Virus record (IMG/VR): IMGVR_UViG_3300030380_005539
Location: 107,028-127,027 of that record
Reading direction: 5' to 3' (one strand)
Origin: an uncultured virus (IMG/VR IMGVR_UViG_3300030380_005539)
Taxonomy: Duplodnaviria; Heunggongvirae; Uroviricota; Caudoviricetes
Length of the DNA stretch: 20,000 nt
The notes beneath the pieces were generated by a model. That model saw nothing but the letters and a program-made list of their open reading frames with translations. It searched no databases and had not been told where the DNA came from. A program made the position numbers and the translations under genes. Positions 17,129-20,000 of this stretch are shown here, piece by piece (the first letter of the stretch is position 1; the number at the start of each line of letters is the position of its first letter).

Positions 17129-20000
17129 ATGGGAGAAGAAGAAAAAGATGTTGAGGTTAAACAAGTTGGTGCGGGTTTAATGTTAGTAGATCCTAACCCT
17201 TCAGGTAGAAATGTTTTACCTGCAGAAGACATGTTTATTTATATTAGTTTGACTGCGGAAGAACGTAATAGGGGGGTGGCAACTATTGGTGAAAATGAAA
17301 ATGAGTTTGAAGAGAGTAGATTTGGTATTATTGAATTTGTATCAACAGAAGTAAAATACAATCAAGCTGGTGAACCACAAAAAAATATAATGGGAGATGT
17401 CAAATCTTATGCAACTACAAGTTATACTAATATTGGGGGTATTCAAAACAGTTTAGGTAGTGGATTACTAGAAGGTTTCGGTATAACATCTATTAACATA
17501 AAATACAATACTAGTTTAATACCACAAGTAGACATTGATTTTACAGATGTAAGGGGTAGTGGGCTATTTGATGTTATAGAACAAGATAATAGAAAATCAC
17601 CATATAGTATATTTTTTAAAATGCCTTATCCTATTTTTAATTTGACTGTAAAGGGATATTTTGGTAAACCTGTATCATATTGTTTAAATTTGGTTAACTG
17701 GACATCAAAATTCGATGCTGGAACTGGTAATTTTAATATTTCCGCAAATTTTTTAGGGTTTCAACAAGCATTTCTTGCAGATATTACAATAGGAGATATA
17801 ATTGGTACACTTAATACAGAAATAGGATTAAAAAATTTAACTGAGTTACCACTCACAGTTGGGACAATTAAAAATGGAACAAGTGATGGAACTCAAACAA
17901 TAGATACACCTTCATTAGATGATTTTGTGAAACAATTAAGTAAATTACAGATAGACTTAGAAGAATTAAAAATAGAAAATACTAAATATAAAGAACTACA
18001 AATATTAAATACACAGGAGAAAAAAGTAGAAGAAATATTAAGCTTTATTGGTAGTCCAATACCAAAAGCAAACATCGATACTTATAAGGACAAAACTAGT
18101 GCACCACCTTACTTATCACAATTAAATTCACCAAATACAACAAATACAAGTGGAATTAAATCAGTAAATTTAACTTTAGGTGAAAATTATTTATCTATAA
18201 GAGATTTATTATTTGTTAAGTCTACAATGATTCCATCATTAAACTTATATATGAATGATTTAAATAATCTTATTACAGACTATGTTAATTTTTATGGTGA
18301 AAATAAAAGTAGTCTTAGTAATAATGATAATATCGCTAAAGGAGTATTAGGTGGATCAGCAACGAAAAATACAGAGTACTGGAGATTTTCCGAAAATACA
18401 GATGGTGAAAACGTAAATTACGATGAGTTTACATTAAATTTTGGATCCGGTGCTGGTCAAAGTGGTTTCTTTTCTCCTTCAGAATTAAATAATATTAATA
18501 ATCAAATTGATTTTTTTATAGATTTTGAAATTTCTAAAAAAGGACAATTAACTTTACTTGAATTTATTGATGAAATAAGGCGTGAAGATAGTATATTAAC
18601 TAAAAATAATCCAAGCGAATATGATGAAGCTAATAATAACTTTGATGTATCTCAAATTGTTATAAACGACTATTCTAAAGACACTAATAATAATGAGCCT
18701 GGTAACTTAAATAGTGGTTTTGGTAACGCTACACCTGGAATAATATTAGACTTTAGGGCAATCAGAATGATGGTGAATGATATGTTAATTAATATTCGTA
18801 AATCAAAAAAGAAAAAAGAGGAAAAATTAGTAGAAGAATTAAATAATTCTTTATCGGAAAGATTAGGGTATAAACCTACAATAGGTACAGTATTTCAGAT
18901 ACTATGTAATAATGCACAAGCTTTTTTAATGACAATATTTGATATTGGTTATTCTGCAGAAAGGAAGAACAAAAAAAGACAAAAAGCATTAGAGTCTGCT
19001 GGTGTCACCAGTGATTTACAATTAAAAGAAGAATTTGATTTTAAAAGTCAAACAATATATGCGTTTCCTTCTTTGTTTGTTAAACAAGATGGAGGTTTTG
19101 TAGAAAAATTTATAGGATCAAAAGAAATATTTAAACCTGAAGATACGGATGCTAGAACTGCTTTTCCTGAAATTAAATTTATTGAAAATTTAATTGAAGC
19201 TTTATTAAAAGAAGAAAAAAGTTTATTAGGTATTACTAAACAAGTTAATAAAGCTAAGGGTAGTAGTAGTGGTAATGATACAGATAACTGGATACCAATA
19301 AATCCAATAGACTGTGAAAAAAATCCGTTTTATTTGTTAAATGTTGCACAAACAAAAACCGCAGAAGGAAAAGATGTTTTATATGAAAAATTTATAAAAG
19401 CTTTAGTAGATAGATTTGTAATATTAAAATATTATTCAACCGCAACAGGAGATTTTGGTACTATGAGTAAATATGCTACTTGGGATGGAATTTGGGCTAA
19501 AATATCCTTTATTGATAAAGAAAGTAAAGATACTATTTACCAAATTTTAAATCAATTTTTAAAAGACAATCCATTAAATTTAACAGATAATACTAATAAA
19601 ATAACTAAAATTGTTAACGAAAGAATAAAAGAATTAAATAGTGTCGAATACCAACAAAGTAATGATGAGGACACCATTTATAAGATAGATAATCCAAAAA
19701 TGAGTAAACTTATTTTAGGTAATAGTATCAAAGGTAAAAAAATAATTAGAAATAAGGTAAATTTAACGGAAGAACAAAATATTGAAAATGTTAAAGAAGT
19801 TTTTGATAAGTCAGTAATTGATAGTAGTGTTGTTAAATATACGCAATGGATTAATTATATTGCTAATCGTAATTTATCTTATACATGTTGGTTAGAAAAA
19901 CAAAGTAAATTATTATTAAAAAAAGCAGGTAAAGAAGGTAGTCTAACTTTTTCACTAAAAAGTGATATTACATTAATTGATGGGGGAATCAATCCTGCAG
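17129..20000 (+). CDS. Very large baseplate hub-like protein, 3'-partial (>=957 aa)
   Basis: ATG at 17129, 10 nt after the previous stop (MGEEEKDVEVKQVGAGLMLVDPNP). No stop in the stretches I translated (first ~630 nt and the last lines), and its absence from the ORF track fits a frame with no stop in the window. FGITSINIKYNTSLIPQVDIDFTDVRG..FNLTVKGYFGK..FNISANFLG is a beta-rich gp27/gpD-like start; position after the LysM gene fits a hub. Confidence 0.7.
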   Translation, partial: MGEEEKDVEVKQVGAGLMLVDPNPSGRNVLPAEDMFIYISLTAEERNRGVATIGENENEFEESRFGIIEFVSTEVKYNQAGEPQKNIMGDVKSYATTSYTNIGGIQNSLGSGLLEGFGITSINIKYNTSLIPQVDIDFTDVRGSGLFDVIEQDNRKSPYSIFFKMPYPIFNLTVKGYFGKPVSYCLNLVNWTSKFDAGTGNFNISANFLGFQQAFLADITIGDIIGTLNTEIGLKNLTELPLTVGTIKNGTSDGTQTIDTPSLDDFVKQLSKLQIDLEELKIENTKYKELQILNTQEKKVEEILSFIGSPIPKANIDTYKDKTSAPPYLSQLNSPNTTNTSGIKSVNLTLGENYLSIRDLLFVKSTMIPSLNLYMNDLNNLITDYVNFYGENKSSLSNNDNIAKGVLGGSATKNTEYWRFSENTDGENVNYDEFTLNFGSGAGQSGFFSPSELNNINNQIDFFIDFEISKKGQLTLLEFIDEIRREDSILTKNNPSEYDEANNNFDVSQIVINDYSKDTNNNEPGNLNSGFGNATPGIILDFRAIRMMVNDMLINIRKSKKKKEEKLVEELNNSLSERLGYKPTIGTVFQILCNNAQAFLMTIFDIGYSAERKNKKRQKALESAGVTSDLQLKEEFDFKSQTIYAFPSLFVKQDGGFVEKFIGSKEIFKPEDTDARTAFPEIKFIENLIEALLKEEKSLLGITKQVNKAKGSSSGNDTDNWIPINPIDCEKNPFYLLNVAQTKTAEGKDVLYEKFIKALVDRFVILKYYSTATGDFGTMSKYATWDGIWAKISFIDKESKDTIYQILNQFLKDNPLNLTDNTNKITKIVNERIKELNSVEYQQSNDEDTIYKIDNPKMSKLILGNSIKGKKIIRNKVNLTEEQNIENVKEVFDKSVIDSSVVKYTQWINYIANRNLSYTCWLEKQSKLLLKKAGKEGSLTFSLKSDITLIDGGINPA

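Larger units (their letters stand above)
1..20000 (+). mobile_element. Segment of a large contractile-tailed phage genome (tail/baseplate morphogenesis region with interleaved accessory genes)
   Basis: Order tube - chaperone - tape measure - tube initiator - LysM wedge - hub; all genes co-oriented; recurrent upstream ATATTTAT motif; no host housekeeping genes. Confidence 0.9.

Noticed and set aside
17747..17758. AAT TTT TTA GGG, identical to the HIV-1 slippery context, inside the hub gene
   Set aside because: The -1 frame closes after about 20 codons and the zero frame continues; such runs are expected by chance in AT-rich DNA.
452..18075. Short minus-strand ORFs (452-664, 1875-2102, 5058-5243, 5244-5429, 8172-8375, 10097-10321, 10894-11223, 12301-12585, 14605-14928, 15307-15522, 16279-16506, 17893-18075) and the + ORF 984-1175
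   Set aside because: All overlap longer, well-supported + strand genes, and the minus-strand ones have the Ser/Leu/Phe/Ile-rich composition of antisense shadows.
1..20000. Bacterial extracellular contractile injection system or T6SS rather than a phage
   Set aside because: Per-gene late-type motifs, gp26/gp51-like chaperones, head-protease-type leaders and the absence of Afp15-like ATPase or host genes favour a phage. Capsid genes are not in the window, so this is not formally excluded.
1..20000. Stop-codon reassignment, CRISPR array, tRNA/rRNA genes, introns or inteins
   Set aside because: Long ORFs tile the window in the standard code, with TAA, TAG and TGA all used as stops; I saw no repeat-spacer array, cloverleaf or splicing motifs by eye.

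Overview
Very AT-rich, gene-dense window with every credible gene on the + strand. It reads as the tail/baseplate module of a large contractile-tailed (T4-like architecture) phage. Core genes: gp19-like tail tube (1786-2274), gp26-like tail/hub assembly chaperone (9040-9825) with a gp51-like extension that appears reachable only by a +1 (or -2) frameshift, tape measure (11207-13123), large tube-initiator/baseplate protein with an inserted OmpA-like domain (13322-16786), LysM/gp53-like wedge protein (16792-17118), and a large hub-like protein running off the right edge (17129->20000). Six unrelated ORFs are interleaved with this core. Each starts with a short charged leader ending in [LIV]-x-E-[Q/G], two leaders are near-identical, and four of the six have their own ATATTTAT motif upstream. 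I read them as a putative leader-addressed, protease-matured virion cargo system with envelope-interacting payloads. Absent Shine-Dalgarno sites and a TTG-N20-TAnnTTTG promoter suggest a Bacteroidota host. All family calls are motif recognition by eye, not database searches.
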